Assembly (NCBI RefSeq): GCF_009914755.1
Contig: NC_060927.1
DNA: 64,000 nt
Origin: the human T2T-CHM13v2.0 reference genome, Homo sapiens
Strand: one strand, 5' to 3'
Shown here: positions 46,553 to 63,859 of the stretch, piece by piece
How positions within the stretch are numbered: the stretch's first letter is position 1
Layout of the letters: every line of letters begins with the position of its first letter
Program-made: the position numbers and the translations under genes
The notes under the pieces: model-generated
Database searches by the model: none
What the model saw: only the letters and a program-made list of their open reading frames with translations
Told to the model about the DNA's origin: nothing

Positions 46553-46596
46553 GTGGTGGTGGCAGCAGCAGCGGCAGCAGCGGCAGCAGCAGCAAC
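46553..46596. repeat. Interrupted (GTG)/(GCA/GCG) triplet repeat
   Basis: gtggtggtggcagcagcagcggcagcagcggcagcagcagcaac. Confidence 0.9.
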
Positions 46597-47296
46597 TCGA
46601 TGTGTTGAATACTTATGCTAATCAGTGATCTAGCACCAGTTTACTGATTCTTTGGTCTGATTATTTATTATTTATAGAATGTGGTAAATGCAAATGGCAT
46701 TTTGCAAAGCATGGAACTCTGAAAATGAAACCCCAGCCCCAAGGCGTTGACTGTCAGATTTAGACATAAACAAAACACTGAATAAACAGTGAGACATCTA
46801 GTTGAGTTGATGTGGCTGGAAAGGAGGAAAACACTGGGAGACCGAGAAAAAGAAGTGGACATTACGGAGGGATTTCAAGGAGGAAAAGGAACATGAAAAA
46901 TTGAGCGATTTCAAGAGGAATACAGGGAAGGTTACCAAACCAAGGGGTTAAAAAGGAAACAAAAGGAGCATTGAGGAGAAACTCCCAAGAAAAGAAAGAA
47001 CTCAATGAGATTTTTTTTCTGCTTGTGCCTTTTGGTGGGAGAGGTGAGAGGCAGGGATGTCCGAGGGGAGAAAACCTTAATGATCAGAGGCAGGGGTGAC
47101 AAGGTCATGGACTAGTGTTTCATTTCTGGAGAGGAAGAGAAAAAGATGACAATTGGACATATGAGAAGACTTGTTTCTCTATCTGAAAGTCTGAATAAGA
47201 AGAGAGGAAAGAATGGAGAGCTCAGATGATGAGGTTTTTAACATTGGTCAAAAGAGCTGTCAGCTGGGCCTTCTGCACCTGATTTTGACTTTTTAG

Positions 47297-47666
<370 letters not shown>

Positions 47667-48487
47667 AGGATCATACTCTTAATATCTTACTCAAACTAGT
47701 AAAATTCACAAAAGGCTGTTATATAAACAGGAATTTAGATGTATTGATTTAGGGTGGGTGAGAAAGGTTACAAGTAACTGGGAAAAAAAGATAAAGATAA
47801 ACCATGCAAATAGCATAAGAGAATAGATAAGAGTATTTCTAGAGATAAAGAGGGACATTTCATAATAATAAGGGAGTCTATTCATCAGTAAGACATAAAA
47901 TTATAAGTGAGTATGTATCTAATAACAGAGCTTCAAAATACATAAAGCAAACTTGGACAGAATTAAAGGGAGAAATAAGAACGTCTACAGTCACAGTGGG
48001 AGATTTTTTTTTTATATGCATATATGCTATAGGTTTTTATTAACAATTGTGTAGTATGTTATAAACTACCTCTGGGTATTTTGGAGTGCTAACAGAATAC
48101 GTAATATAACATCACTAGTGTAAATAATTTTATCAGAGTAAATTCTGCTAGCAAAAAGGCCTTACAATTATAAATACTTTAGTTATGAAATTCCATTTAT
48201 ATATCATATTTAGGAGACACCGTTAGTCAATATTCAAAATCAATCAACAAATTCATATAGCTGTTTTAATGATACATACAGACTGACAGTGAATACACGG
48301 AAAGATATTTCATGCAATTAGAAACTAAAAGAGAAGTCACGGAGAGCTATACACCTATCACAGAAGATAGACTTTAAGTCAAAAACTGTAAACTGATATA
48401 AAGAAGGTCATCATATCATGATGAAGAGGTCAGTTCATTAAAAAAATAACAATTGTAAATATATATGCACCCAATATCACAACTTCT

Positions 48488-48810
48488 AAATATATAATTT
48501 TATATATAATATTATATATAATATATGTAATATATATTACATATAATATTATATATAATATATGTAATATATATTATATATATTATTATATGTAATATAT
48601 ATAATATATATTATATATAATATTTTTATATATATTATATATAAGTATATATAATATATATACTTATAGATTTATATATATTACATATATACTTCTATAT
48701 ATAATATTACATATATACTAATATATATATAATATTATATATATACTAATATAATATTATATATATACTAATATATGTAATATTATATATATACTAATAT
48801 ATATAATATT
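48488..48810. repeat. (TA)-rich low-complexity tract
   Basis: Direct reading; expanded within an L1 EN fragment. Confidence 0.95.
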
Positions 48811-49276
48811 AGTAGACCTGAGGGGGAGATAGACTGTATTACAATAATAGTAAGGGACTTAGATACCCTACTTTCAGCAATGGATAGATTATCCAGACAG
48901 AATATCAGTAAGAAAATGTCAGATTTAAACTACACTTTAGACCAAATAGACCTAATGGACATATGTGGAATATTTCATCCAACAGCAAAGTAATACACAT
49001 TTTTCTCAAACAAACACAAGACATTCTTCAGGATAGATTATATGTTAGGCCACAAAATAAGTCTTAATATATTTCGAAAGATTGAAATAAAAATGTGAAT
49101 GCAGATGTCTTTTGACAGATCAATTTCATTCCTCTAGGGTACATACCCAGAAGTGGTACTGCTGGATCATACGGTAATACTATTTTTAGTTTTTGAGGAA
49201 CCTTCATATTATTTCCCAAAATGGCTGTACCAACTTAAATTCCCACCAATGATGTTTAAGAATTCCCTTTTCTCTT

Positions 49277-51037
<1,761 letters not shown>

Positions 51038-51069
51038 CTATTAATCACCTTGGCCTAATTAATATATTA

Positions 51070-51377
<308 letters not shown>

Positions 51378-52141
51378 GTTACAATGTGCACCTTTTAAAG
51401 TTTGCACAATAAGGAGACGAGAGAGAGGAAAGATTGAACATTAAGATAAACATAAGCTGTTGGAAATTTTGTTGAAAGACATGTTCCATGACATTGATCT
51501 TACAGAAAGGTGTGTGGATTTCAACCTAGTCATGATGGATTCTATACCTCATTCTATCGTGCTGAGTTACCATGCACTAGAGATTTAATTTCTCTAAACC
51601 CGTTTCTCTATCTGAAAGATGAGAGTAATAACAAATGCCACTCACCACTATCCTGAAGCTTAATTAATGTTCGTAAATGCTTTCAGAAATTTGGAAGGGC
51701 AAGATTTTTATGAATACAACACATTATTTAGAAAAGCAAAAGAACACGATCAGAGAAGACTTGGATTGTTTCCCTCTACATAGCCTTTTAATGAGATTCC
51801 TCTTTTTGTCTTATAAGGGAAGAAAACCAAATCAGGAGATGACTAATCTCACTGGCTAATCTCTTCCCTTAATGTTCTCTGGACACACAATCTCTCCTAA
51901 AGGAGCATGTTGGAATTTTGTCGATCAGATTTCCACATCAGTATAAATACATTCTTTCCTAGAAATATAATAGTGAAACAAGAAGGCTGTGGTTTTTTGA
52001 GGAGCTGGCTCTGGGCCCAACAGGCAGATGTTCTTGATCTTTTGCTCTACCTTGGATCTTGTGCAAATCACAGTGCTGTTCAACTTCCTTCCTCATCTGT
52101 ATAATTGGAATAAATGTGCCACTGTCTGGGAGGTCAAGTGA

Positions 52142-52726
<585 letters not shown>

Positions 52727-53099
52727 TCTCTGCAGTCCTTAGTCGGAACAACACTTCTAGACATTACTTCAATCCCACCACCACGAAATTCTTAATGGAA
52801 ATGTATATGAAAGAATCTGGGAAGTTTACTAATCATTAAAGATTGAGGTTTCTGTGAATTTCCTAAGATTAGATTTTTAAAAAGGCACAAGAAATCTTTG
52901 CCAAATCTATTGACCCCTTTCAATTATGCATTTCATTAAGAACACCAAAATATAAGAGTCTTTTTCCTTCCTCTCTGATTTATCTCTTTGTCGCTGTTTC
53001 TCTCTGAATCTCTCTGGGTTTCACTCTTTTTCACTCTTTCTCTACTCTGTTTCTCTTTTCCCTAGGATCTAGTGGACATGTGAAAATGAGTTTAGCTGA

Positions 53100-53990
53100 G
53101 GTGTAATAGCAAAGTTAGCCACCTTGCAGCCTCACTGGCAAATAAAATTCTATTAAACACAACTGTCATCAAACTCATTAGTGCCTCCTCCCCTTGCCTT
53201 CTTGCCATTGGGTTGCTAACAAGTTACAATGTTTTTCTCTCTCCTCTCCAGTCCCCCTTGTTTCAAGTTTTGTTCTCTCCTTCTTTCTGCACCGCCTGCC
53301 CTGTTGGAGATGCAGGGGCTGCCCCTGTGGCCACCATTGCCACCACCCCCCAGCAGACAGAAAGGCTAAAATGTCAAAAGATGCGTCGGTTGCCTCTGAC
53401 AAAAGTGCAGATCAGATCTGAAAGGGGATAAATATGATAGGGGGCCCAATAATAACAGTGCGCACTTGTTAACTACACAAATCCAGCAGGAGCTGGGGGC
53501 AGGGAGGGCGGGCATGGTGGAGAATAGAAGCTGCCTGGGCAGGAGCCCCTTGGGGGAAAGTAAAGGGGGGGTCCTCCAGCAGCCACCATCAATTATATGG
53601 GCTGGTTTTGTTTTGTTTTGTGAGGTCTGAACTGAGGCTCAGCTGATGGGGCATGGGGGTGTGGAGGGGGTGAATAAGGGATTTTACCCAAACCAGTGAC
53701 TCTGAATGGAGGTCTCGGGCTCAGTTGAGGGGGCCTCAGCAGTGAGAGCTTGAAAAGAGGGCCTTTGGGTTATGCAAGGGAAAGGGAAGGTGGGGCGAGG
53801 TGGGGGCTGGGGGACATTTGAGGTGGGAGGGGTAGGGGGAAGGAGGAGAATAGCACAATAATGGGAAAAAGGAGGCTAGCTTCTGAGGTCTCATTTCTCA
53901 CAATGAGTCCCATGTGGTTCTCTTTATCTCAGCCTTTCAGCAGTCAATAGAGGGAGCCTTTTTATTTTCAACTCTAACTATACAGCCACG
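53100..53990. promoter_or_regulatory. Repeat-free, GC-richer block, candidate enhancer
   Basis: Homeodomain-like (ctcatta, catcaatta), Sox-like (acaat) and RFX-like (gttgctaac) motifs, G-runs; no repeat recognised. Confidence 0.35.
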
Positions 53991-54000
53991 CTACTCCCCC

Positions 54001-54001
<1 letters not shown>

Positions 54002-54031
<30 letters not shown>
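54002..54031. repeat. (CA)n microsatellite
   Basis: Direct reading. Confidence 0.95.
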
Positions 54032-54033
<2 letters not shown>

Positions 54034-54728
54034 CTACCAGTGTGGGACAGTGAGCAAGACATTGGAAATGTGTGAAAAATTATTTCCCCTGCACAGGTTT
54101 GCTGGATTTTCTATCCTCCTGCCAGACCCGTACTTATGGGACATTCACTCCTCCACCACTGCTCTCTGCCTCTCTTGCCCCAGCTTCGCCCCCTAGACTT
54201 GATTCCCTCCTCCTCTATTATACACCCCTCCCCCTCTCCTCCGTGGATGCCTCAGAAACTCCAGAGAGGTTGAAGGGAGAGGAGGTTCTTGACTCTTTAG
54301 AAAGTCATGAGTCATATGATGACAGGTAAAGCAGAGATGGATGATGGAGTGATGTTGATTTGCAACCCATAAAAAAGCAAAAATAAAAGATCAAAGCAAA
54401 CCCCAGCTTGAACTTTAGACTGTTTTAATGCATAGAAAAGAACAAACATATTTTTTGTGTGTGGTGGACTTCTCTGAAATGTTAAGTCCCCAATTGGACA
54501 AATCCCTTTCAATTTGTTCCTAAGGCTATGACTGAAGCAGCCACAGGCTCTGAATTTACGCAGCTTGATAGAAAATAATTCGTCTATTTTTCAAACAATA
54601 TTGTTATATATTCTCATAGGGTGCCTGAGTTTGAATAGGCACAGCGTTCTTAACCAGGGGTGGAAGCTTTTAGAAACAGATTCCAGGCCTCATCTCCCCA
54701 AGATTCTGCTTCAGCAGCTGTGAATGGG

Positions 54729-54731
<3 letters not shown>

Positions 54732-54775
<44 letters not shown>
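54732..54775. repeat. (TG)n microsatellite in a MER5-like element
   Basis: Direct reading. Confidence 0.93.
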
Positions 54776-54776
<1 letters not shown>

Positions 54777-55915
54777 AGAGAAAGAGAGAGACAGAGATTG
54801 ATCTTGATGTACAGTGCCATTTGAAAATCTCAAAACTAAGTAAGTTGTTCCCCTTCAGCTACATCAGGGGAGTATTCATCAAATAACAGTCACTAGTTGT
54901 GCTGGGAAAATAGTTGATTAATTGAGCCAAACCTATCTCTGCTACCAAGCATTGTAGCTGGCTGGAAAAAAAGAAAGGAAAAAATAATCATGTCCATCAT
55001 CAAGAAATGAAGATAAGGGGGAAGGTAAGAATAAATGAAAATAACAATAACCTCAAGTAATTGTTTAGTACCAGGCATTTTTTTCTACAAGAACGATTAC
55101 CCCATTGGAAGCGGGAATGAGACTCAGTTGTCTTAAGCAACTTGCTCAAGGTCACACTCCCAATAAATGGCAGAGCCAGGATTCCTTCCTAGGCTTGAAT
55201 GATCTGTGCAGCATGCTCTGAACTAGGCGGAGACCCCAGGAATGGGAATAGGAGTGAGACAGCAATCCAGAAACAGACTCTCCCATGGCAATAGGAAGGC
55301 TCCCGAGGGTTGCTCATGCACTCAACATCAATGAGCTGTGGGGCAGCTCCTGGCTATTGGCTTCTCATCAAGGACTCCAAACCTCTCCTCACCTCTTAAA
55401 AATCTTCTTGTCTCTTCCTCCTGATCCAGCTTGCTCTGCTAAGCAAAGTACCCCACACCAGGCATAGAAAGAAAATGGATATTGCCTTCATATTTTCTCT
55501 GAGCAGGGAGATGTATAGCTTTTAGGTCTCTCACATGATAAGAAAATCACAGTTGCCCTCTTTTTGGCTCCATTTCCAGTCTCTTGAAGGTGCAGCTGTG
55601 TGGCTTGGCCATGAGGATCGGAGAGGATATAAAGAGGGCAGGAGAGGGGACGACTCCCATTTTGCCACCCTGGCAGCTCTCAACCGGCTCTGCTCCAGCC
55701 AACTCTTCACAGTACTTAAAGTCCTTTTTCAACGCCACGAAGTGATGCTCTCACCGGGTTCAGATGAGCTCATCTCCTCTCTAACTACACTAAAGTGCCT
55801 CGAGGGCTGGAACACTGCCTCATGCTTCTCCATCCCTGACATGCTCAAGCCCAATGCTGATACAGTGCTCAGTAAATTATTGTCGTTTGGTTGATTTGCA
55901 ACAAGTGCTTTTTAA

Positions 55916-56256
<341 letters not shown>

Positions 56257-56689
56257 TAGATATATTAACCTCATGTGGCCTCACTGGACAGCCTCTTTGA
56301 GGCTGCCTTCATCAACACCTGTTACTCTGTTGCCCACTTCATTTTCCCCAGTCTGTTGTGTTGGCTCGACATCCCTGAGTCTTGCCCACTGTCTGCTGTC
56401 TTATTCCTGTGTTTGTTCTGACTTGACAAATTACTCTCATCTCAACTACTGTGTAGCAATACTTTTTATTCAACTTTTACCAATTTCCTAATACCATGGT
56501 CAGTGCAAATATTCTCCATTCTTTGGCTTTACCTCAAGTTTCCATCCTATTTTTTTTCTCTTTCCTAAAGAGAAGTCCATACATTCTAACTCTGTTATGA
56601 CTTGCTTGCTCCTTAATCTCTTGTCATTTGGTTTCCACTCTTCATGCTGTGTTGTTCCCACTGGGAAAGGCACCATAGACTTGAAGAGT

Positions 56690-57700
56690 CTGTCCTTGAT
56701 CTTGTCTTGCATGGTTTCTCTGCAGCCTTTGGTGCTGTGGACCACTGCCTGGTCCTGACACTCCTTCTTGCTTTTGCTGCCTTAATGCTCCATGTGTCTG
56801 TTTCTTCTGCTACTGCTATTTCTCCATCCAGTCCTTTCTGAGATTCAGTCTCTGCTTGGTTTTCCTTAGAGGCAATTTTCACTCCCATGACTTCAATTAT
56901 GGTCACCTCTATGCCAGGTCACACTTCCAGTTGTCTACTGGATTTTTCTACTTGTCCATCCTACTATTATTAAAACTTGAGATATCTCAAACTGGATTTA
57001 TTCCCCCTTCCAAAACTGCTTATTTTCTTCTACTAACTTCAAGGCTGAAGGTTTCTGCCCATCCATTGATTGTAATCTTCCATCAGTCATTAAAGTACAT
57101 GATTCCTTCAGATCTATTCTCTATCCCATCTATTTAGTTTCTGCCACCACCCTAATTCTAACCCTTTTGTCACATGTATAAACTATTGAAATTAATCTGT
57201 TAAAATACTTTTGCAAAAATGTACTCTTCTACTCAAAACATCCAGTAGTTCCCCATTATTTACAGAATCAAATCCAACCTTCTTCACCTAAGGTTCAAGA
57301 CCTTCCTTAATCTAATCCCAACTTTGTTGTTCCCACCATTTCTTCCTCTATTATATTTGCCTTAAAGAAATAAATCAGTTTAGTGAAACTGTTCTGCTCA
57401 TAAGATCCCAAACACTTTATATGCACACAGTTGTTCATGTCCTTTCACCTACCTGCTACATCCATCCCTCATATTCCCATCTCTTCTGGCCTAACCTTCC
57501 TTCAAACCACCTTTCAAAAAAAGCTTCTTTGACCATCTCAATCTAAATTAACCTCTTCCTCCCATAAACTCCCTTTGACTCCATTAAGCTACTGACAGTT
57601 TATGAAATTATGTAAATTCCAGTTTATATGTTAAATGATTGCTTAATTTTTCTTACATTATCTTTCTAACTAGATTGTTTGCTTCTTCTGGATTTGATCC
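56690..57700 (+). mobile_element. L2 fragment
   Basis: ctctgcagcctttggtgctgtggaccac, cccatgacttcaattat and ccccattatttacagaatcaaatccaacc motifs. Confidence 0.6.
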
Positions 57701-57909
57701 CCCAGCTGGCACCTGGCTCAGACTTAATTAATGCTGCCTGTTCTTGTCTGAGTTTCCATGAACTTATAAATACAAGTTGTTTTTGTAAATTGAGTCCCAA
57801 ACCCATATGTTTATAAGAGCAAACACCTTGAGCAGGATTAACTATGTGCAGGTATGGATATTCTGTTGCATTTTTTTCTAAATAAAATCTTATTTATTGG
57901 CTACCTATT

Positions 57910-58250
57910 TGCCTCGGTCCGATTGTGCTGTTGTAACAGAATAGCGCAGACTGGGTAATTTGTAACGAACATATATTTATTGGCTCACAGTTCCAGAGGT
58001 TGGGAAGTCCAATGTTCAGGGATCTGGAGAGGGCTTTCTTTTTGCATCATAGCATGGCAGAAGACATCACATGGCGAAGGCAAAGAGAAAGATGAGGACC
58101 AAACTTGCCCTTTTATAACATTACTCCATGCATGAGGGCGGAGCCCTCATGGCCTAGTCACCCTTTAAAGGTCCCATCTGTTAATACTGTTAATATGGCA
58201 ATTAAATTTCAATGGGAGTTTTGGAGGGAACAAACATTCAAATCAGAGCA
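57910..58250 (-). mobile_element. MST-type (C/D) MaLR LTR
   Basis: agactgggtaatttgtaacgaac...ttggctcacagttc...gagttttggagggaacaaacattcaaa. Confidence 0.8.
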
Positions 58251-58423
58251 CTAGTACAAACACAGGTGTATGAGCCTCACCTTACACATTTTGCCTTTTC
58301 TTTAGCAGATCAGGAAAGGAGAAGCAAAGTAGACAGCAAGCTGTGTTCTCTTCCAAGCAACCTCATTCATTATACAGTGGCTAATTTCCTTCTTCATGCC
58401 AAAGTAACTGCACCGTTTAAAGT

Positions 58424-58752
58424 GAAAAAAAGGAAGAAAGAGAGAGACAAGAAAAAGAAGGAGGAAAGAAAGAAAGAAAGAGGAAGGAAGGAAGGAAAGA
58501 GAAAGGAAGGAAGGAGAAAGAGAAAGAAAGAAAAGAGAAAAAGAAAGAGAAGGAGGGAGAGGGAGAGAGAGAGAAAGAGGAAAGAAAGAATGAATGAAAG
58601 AAAGAAGGAGGGGGAGAGAAAGAAAGGAAAGAAAGAAGGAAGAAGAAAGAAGGAAAGAAAGAAAAGAGAAAGAAAGAAAGAGGGAAAAGAGAGAGGGAGG
58701 GAGGAAGGAAGGAACAAAAGAAGGAAGGAAAGATACAAAAGAGAAGAAAAAA
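58424..58752. repeat. ~330-bp almost pure polypurine (GAAA/GGAA) tract
   Basis: Direct reading. Confidence 0.95.
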
Positions 58753-58989
58753 GTAAGTTTGTATAATAGATCTGATTCTCTCCTCCTCTATTATACACAT
58801 TCAAGAGTGTGGTGTGGAAAAAAATAGAAATTTACACTTGACAAACAGCTTTGCTATCTCTAGTAATGAATTCATTTACTGTTTCCAAGCACCTATGACA
58901 CTCATTTACCAAAAAGGAAAAATACAAGGGTCATAGATATAAATGTTTATTTTTTTCCTTATATGTAGAAACAAAATATTTACTAATGA

Positions 58990-59290
<301 letters not shown>

Positions 59291-59369
59291 CTTGCTTCTT
59301 TAATTGAGGTTAGAGTCAATCCATCTTTACCAAGCTCTCCATTTCTCGCCATGATGGTGAGGTAATGTC

Positions 59370-59515
59370 CTTCTTCTCAGTGTGTAGGTGGACTAGCAAA
59401 ATGGCATTACCTGGGAGCTTGTTAGAAATGCAGCATCTCAGAACCTTTCCCAGAATCAGCATTTTAACAAGTTTTCCAGGTAATTCAAATACACATTAAA
59501 GTTTGAAAAGCACTA
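59370..59515. mobile_element. MER5-type MITE
   Basis: gcattacctgggagcttgttagaaatgcag...cattaaagtttgaaaagcact. Confidence 0.8.
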
Positions 59516-60029
59516 AAGTAAGGCAGATGTAATAATAAGACAGCATTGGAAATTCATCTCAGATGGCATTATATGAAGCCTCATGATTCTGTCAGAATCT
59601 TAAAGCACTATGTGGGTGGTGATGGGGTGACAATATAAAGTAGCTGCAGTTTGCAGACCTGAGTCCTGCTCTGGGCAGTGTCCTCCCGATAAAGCCCCAG
59701 ACTTCAAGAAATACATGCCTGCTGCCTGAAATACATGCCTACCGCCTTACCCTTGGGCTGAGGAAATCTCTCTGAGAGTCACATTCCACCCACTACCCCC
59801 CTCACTTGTTTCCATCATATTACTCTCTTCCTGGGACTCCTCTGCCTTCCTATAGATGTCTGGATGAGACGATGGAAGTGTCTCACTGCTTCTGCCCTTG
59901 ACTCCCCTACACACCCTGCCCTAGGCCATGCCCCAGGAGACAAAGGAACTGGAACTGTGTATAACCCCGGGGCTAATTGCCCCAGATGGTGTTTTCCTCT
60001 GTGTCATCCTCTATTACCTTTACTCTGTC

Positions 60030-60375
<346 letters not shown>

Positions 60376-60579
60376 TAATCGCTTTAAGCATTGTATTTGC
60401 TATTGTCTATTAGATCTGTCATTTTCCCATCAGGTTTTTTCTAAGTGTATCTTTGTTTTGAATCTTAAGGAAGGCTTGGTACTTAAAGGTAGCAGACCAG
60501 AAACAGGCAAACCATTTTGGTGTGATGCTGGGTTCTCCTTAACCATGAGAACAACCAATAGCATCACATTTTTAAAACT

Positions 60580-60965
60580 TTATTCAGTCATTCATTTTCA
60601 ATACATGTTATTGAGCTCCTATTTGTCCATGGAGTGCAACAAAACTCTTATTCCGTGGAGTGCAACAACAACAAAAAAATTGTCCTTATGAAGACTCATT
60701 CTAATGGAAGAAGCAGTCAATAAACACATAAACATATAGCTAAATAATACTATTTCAGATAATGTGTTAGGCTATGAAAAGAATATAATAATGGGAAAGA
60801 ACAACTGGGTATAAATTGTGACCCTTTACCTTGAGAAGTCAGGGAGGAACTGTGTTTTGTGTCATTTGAGCTCAGATATAAATGATTAGATGGAGGCAAC
60901 TATTCAAATATCTAGGACAGGTGTTTCAGGCAGTGATGACAGCAAGAGCAAAGGTCCTGAGGCAG
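60580..60965 (-). mobile_element. L2 3' end
   Basis: ttattcagtcattcattttcaatacatgttattgagctcct; cagcaagagcaaaggtcctgaggc. Confidence 0.65.
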
Positions 60966-63859
60966 ATCCTGTTATGATAAACACTTGGGGTGAGTAAGGA
61001 AGGGGAGAGAGGGAGAAAAGATGACTAAAACAAGCACTTGGCCTCAAGTCTCTGGGAGTCAGTGGAATGATCTAGGCATGATAGGAGGAAGAGGGAGAAA
61101 ATATTGGAAAGTAGAGAAGAGAGAGCAAGAGGTAAAGGAAAGAAATCAGAAAGACATAAGAGTGGTAGGAGATGGCCAACTACAATTCACTGCCCAAGCC
61201 ACTGGCCAGCACGAGTGCAGCGGGCTCCCTACTGGGAGTCTGTGACCAAAGAGAGTGTGTTTCTTCTTTGGAGGGAGGAGAGCTGCAGAAGGAAAATATA
61301 CTAATAAGCTAGAGGCAAAGCAGGCCCTTAGTAACAAGAAATCTTCTGAAGAGAGAACTTAGGAATCAGATTCTAGCAAAGATATAAGCTGGAATTTTCA
61401 AGCTCTGTTATTTTCAGAGGTTATAAGGACATCTCAGAGCCTCCTACTCTGAGAGTTCTCACAGTCCTGGGCAGCATTCACACAAACAGGTCGGTGTATG
61501 AATATATGAGGGTATGTGTATATCCTGTGTGTTGAGATCGTTGGGGGTGCCTGGGCAGAGGAAAAGAAGAAGGGAAGGCCATTAAAAGCCTTGCTGAGAA
61601 AGGTATTTCTTGTGGACAAAAAAGAATCAGGCCCCTCGCTCCCTACTGAGCCCATTTCTCCTGCCTTTACCCGAGCTGTCAGGCATGAATCCCTGTAGCA
61701 TTCCGTAACTAATTGATAGTAATGGGGGCCATTGGGAGTCTAAGAATACGTGGCATTACCCGGCATGCATTGGAAAGAAGGGGGGCTGCCTCAGGGGCAG
61801 CTGTGGAGAAAATAAAGGCTGCATTTTCAACTTTTTTTTTTCCTTAATTGAAGGTAGGAGGTAGAAGTAGGGAGGAGCAGATTTAGGCAAACCTCTCCTC
61901 TAGCTTAAAAATAAAAAAAATTGCAAATCTCATTTCTTATCCTGAGCTAATATCCCAGGATACTATGTCTGCCACACAGAAGAAACAGATGGAATTTCAA
62001 TTAACCCCAGGGCCCCCTGTGAAATCTATATTGTACCCTCTGGATTTACAACACATTGTTAATATATGACTGCAGGCTCTGGAGATTCCATCACAAATCA
62101 ACCCCCTTTATTCCAGAGGTTCAGAAAACTACTACAAAAGCCCACTTCAGAATCAAAAGTGGACAGTTTCTTACAACTTCATCTTCAGAGTTGAAACCCA
62201 ATTTTAATTTTATAACAGTTTATTTACTGAGCAGTCCCCATGTTTTTATAAGAGAAAACATTTATTTTTTTTCCTTCTATGAATGATGATAATGACAGAC
62301 TAAAACTATTTATGCCAAAAAGAAAATTGGGAAAAGATACACCATTACCACACCTTGATGAATGATTCACCATAAACTCACAGTCAATTATCATCCAAAG
62401 GATTTTTATATTTAAAAAAATTATGCCTTTATAGAATGTAGTCTTTAATACTAAAGATATTTGAAATCAAAATAAAAGCAGTTACTTTTCCTATTAATAT
62501 CACATGAAGTTGTAAATTTTGCAATAATGTTAAGAATTCCAAGTGGTTTTTCAAAGTCAGGATTGTTTATAAACCTATGGTTCTGACTTTTATGTCTTTT
62601 ATTATTGGCCTCACCTTTCTGAATTTATTCTTCATTTCAAAAATAATATTTGCATAAGTCTTCAACTTCTCACACCCACAAAAACTTTCAAAATTAATTT
62701 TGACCTTTCGATATTATGGAAAAATTTTCTGTGCATTTTTCTTACAAGACTACTTTTCCCTAAAATTATACGTCAACTCAAATCTTGCATCACCTTCTGC
62801 AGAGATGAATTGTCCACATTCAGTAGTACAGACTCCTTTTCTCTCCAGGTTGCTGTTGTGTTATCCAGCTTATTTTACGAAAAATTTGCCTCTGAACCCC
62901 TGGGGACTATCTCTAGGAAATTAGATCAGCAAACTTCCTGTATTTTGAGAAAAATAACTTTGGAGAATTGAAATGTGTCTTTTTAAGGGATTGCAATATG
63001 ATGTGAAGGCTCCTCCTCATTCCAAGGTAACCATGAGGGACTGAGGACATAGGCTGCCCTCAGAAATACAATCTATTAGACTCAGAGATGTTGAGAGCTG
63101 GGCAGAGTAAAAAGAGCCATCATTCAGACAGCTAAGATATTGTTTGTCCCCACTTTGCCATTTCATGAAGGTAAATAAGGCAGTCACTGGAATGTTCCTC
63201 TCCAAATTGTCAGAACAGAGGAGTTTTCCAGCCTGATTTTCTTTCCTCCACCAAATGCACAGCCTCGCAGGACCACTGGGGAAACTTCTTTCTCCCTGTG
63301 TCTACCATTGTATAGCTAGGCCAGCAGGGGCCATGACACAGTGAGAGCTTGTCAAATCAAACAGAGCTTGGTTGTGGCACAGGGACTGGGGGCCACCAAG
63401 GAGGTTCAAAGAAATGGTAGATTTGTTCTTCAGGCAGGTTAGGAACATTGGCTCAGAGGCTGGAAGAAGTTTCTTCTAGTGGAACAAGCTCCTCTTATTT
63501 TTAACGAAGTTGGTTTATACCCTTAAACCACCCTTAAATCAGAAAAAAAGTGGTGATTTTAAATAGGCTGAACATTTGCCTGCTTTGGACATCTTAATAT
63601 CAGGCAATCAGAGGTCATTTTGATGCAATCATTGAGGTTTATTTCCTCATCTGAACAAAAACATGGATTTGTTATTAAACCCAGACTAGCATTCATTTAA
63701 CCTGTCTCATTTCCATCTTAGATATCATTTATTCTGGAAAGAAAAAATATGTGGTCACTTAAAAATAATATACAAACCACATGTTAAGATTGACTGAGTT
63801 TTTGTTTGCTTTTTTAACCTTTTGTGTGTGCTTATTATATATAAATAATAGAAGTCGAT

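Noticed and set aside
46553-46596. CAG-type repeat as a polyQ or polyA coding exon
   Set aside because: No surrounding ORF or splice context; short and interrupted.
58212-58827. Lys/Glu/Arg-rich and Phe/Leu/Ser-rich ORFs
   Set aside because: Artefacts of a stop-free polypurine tract.
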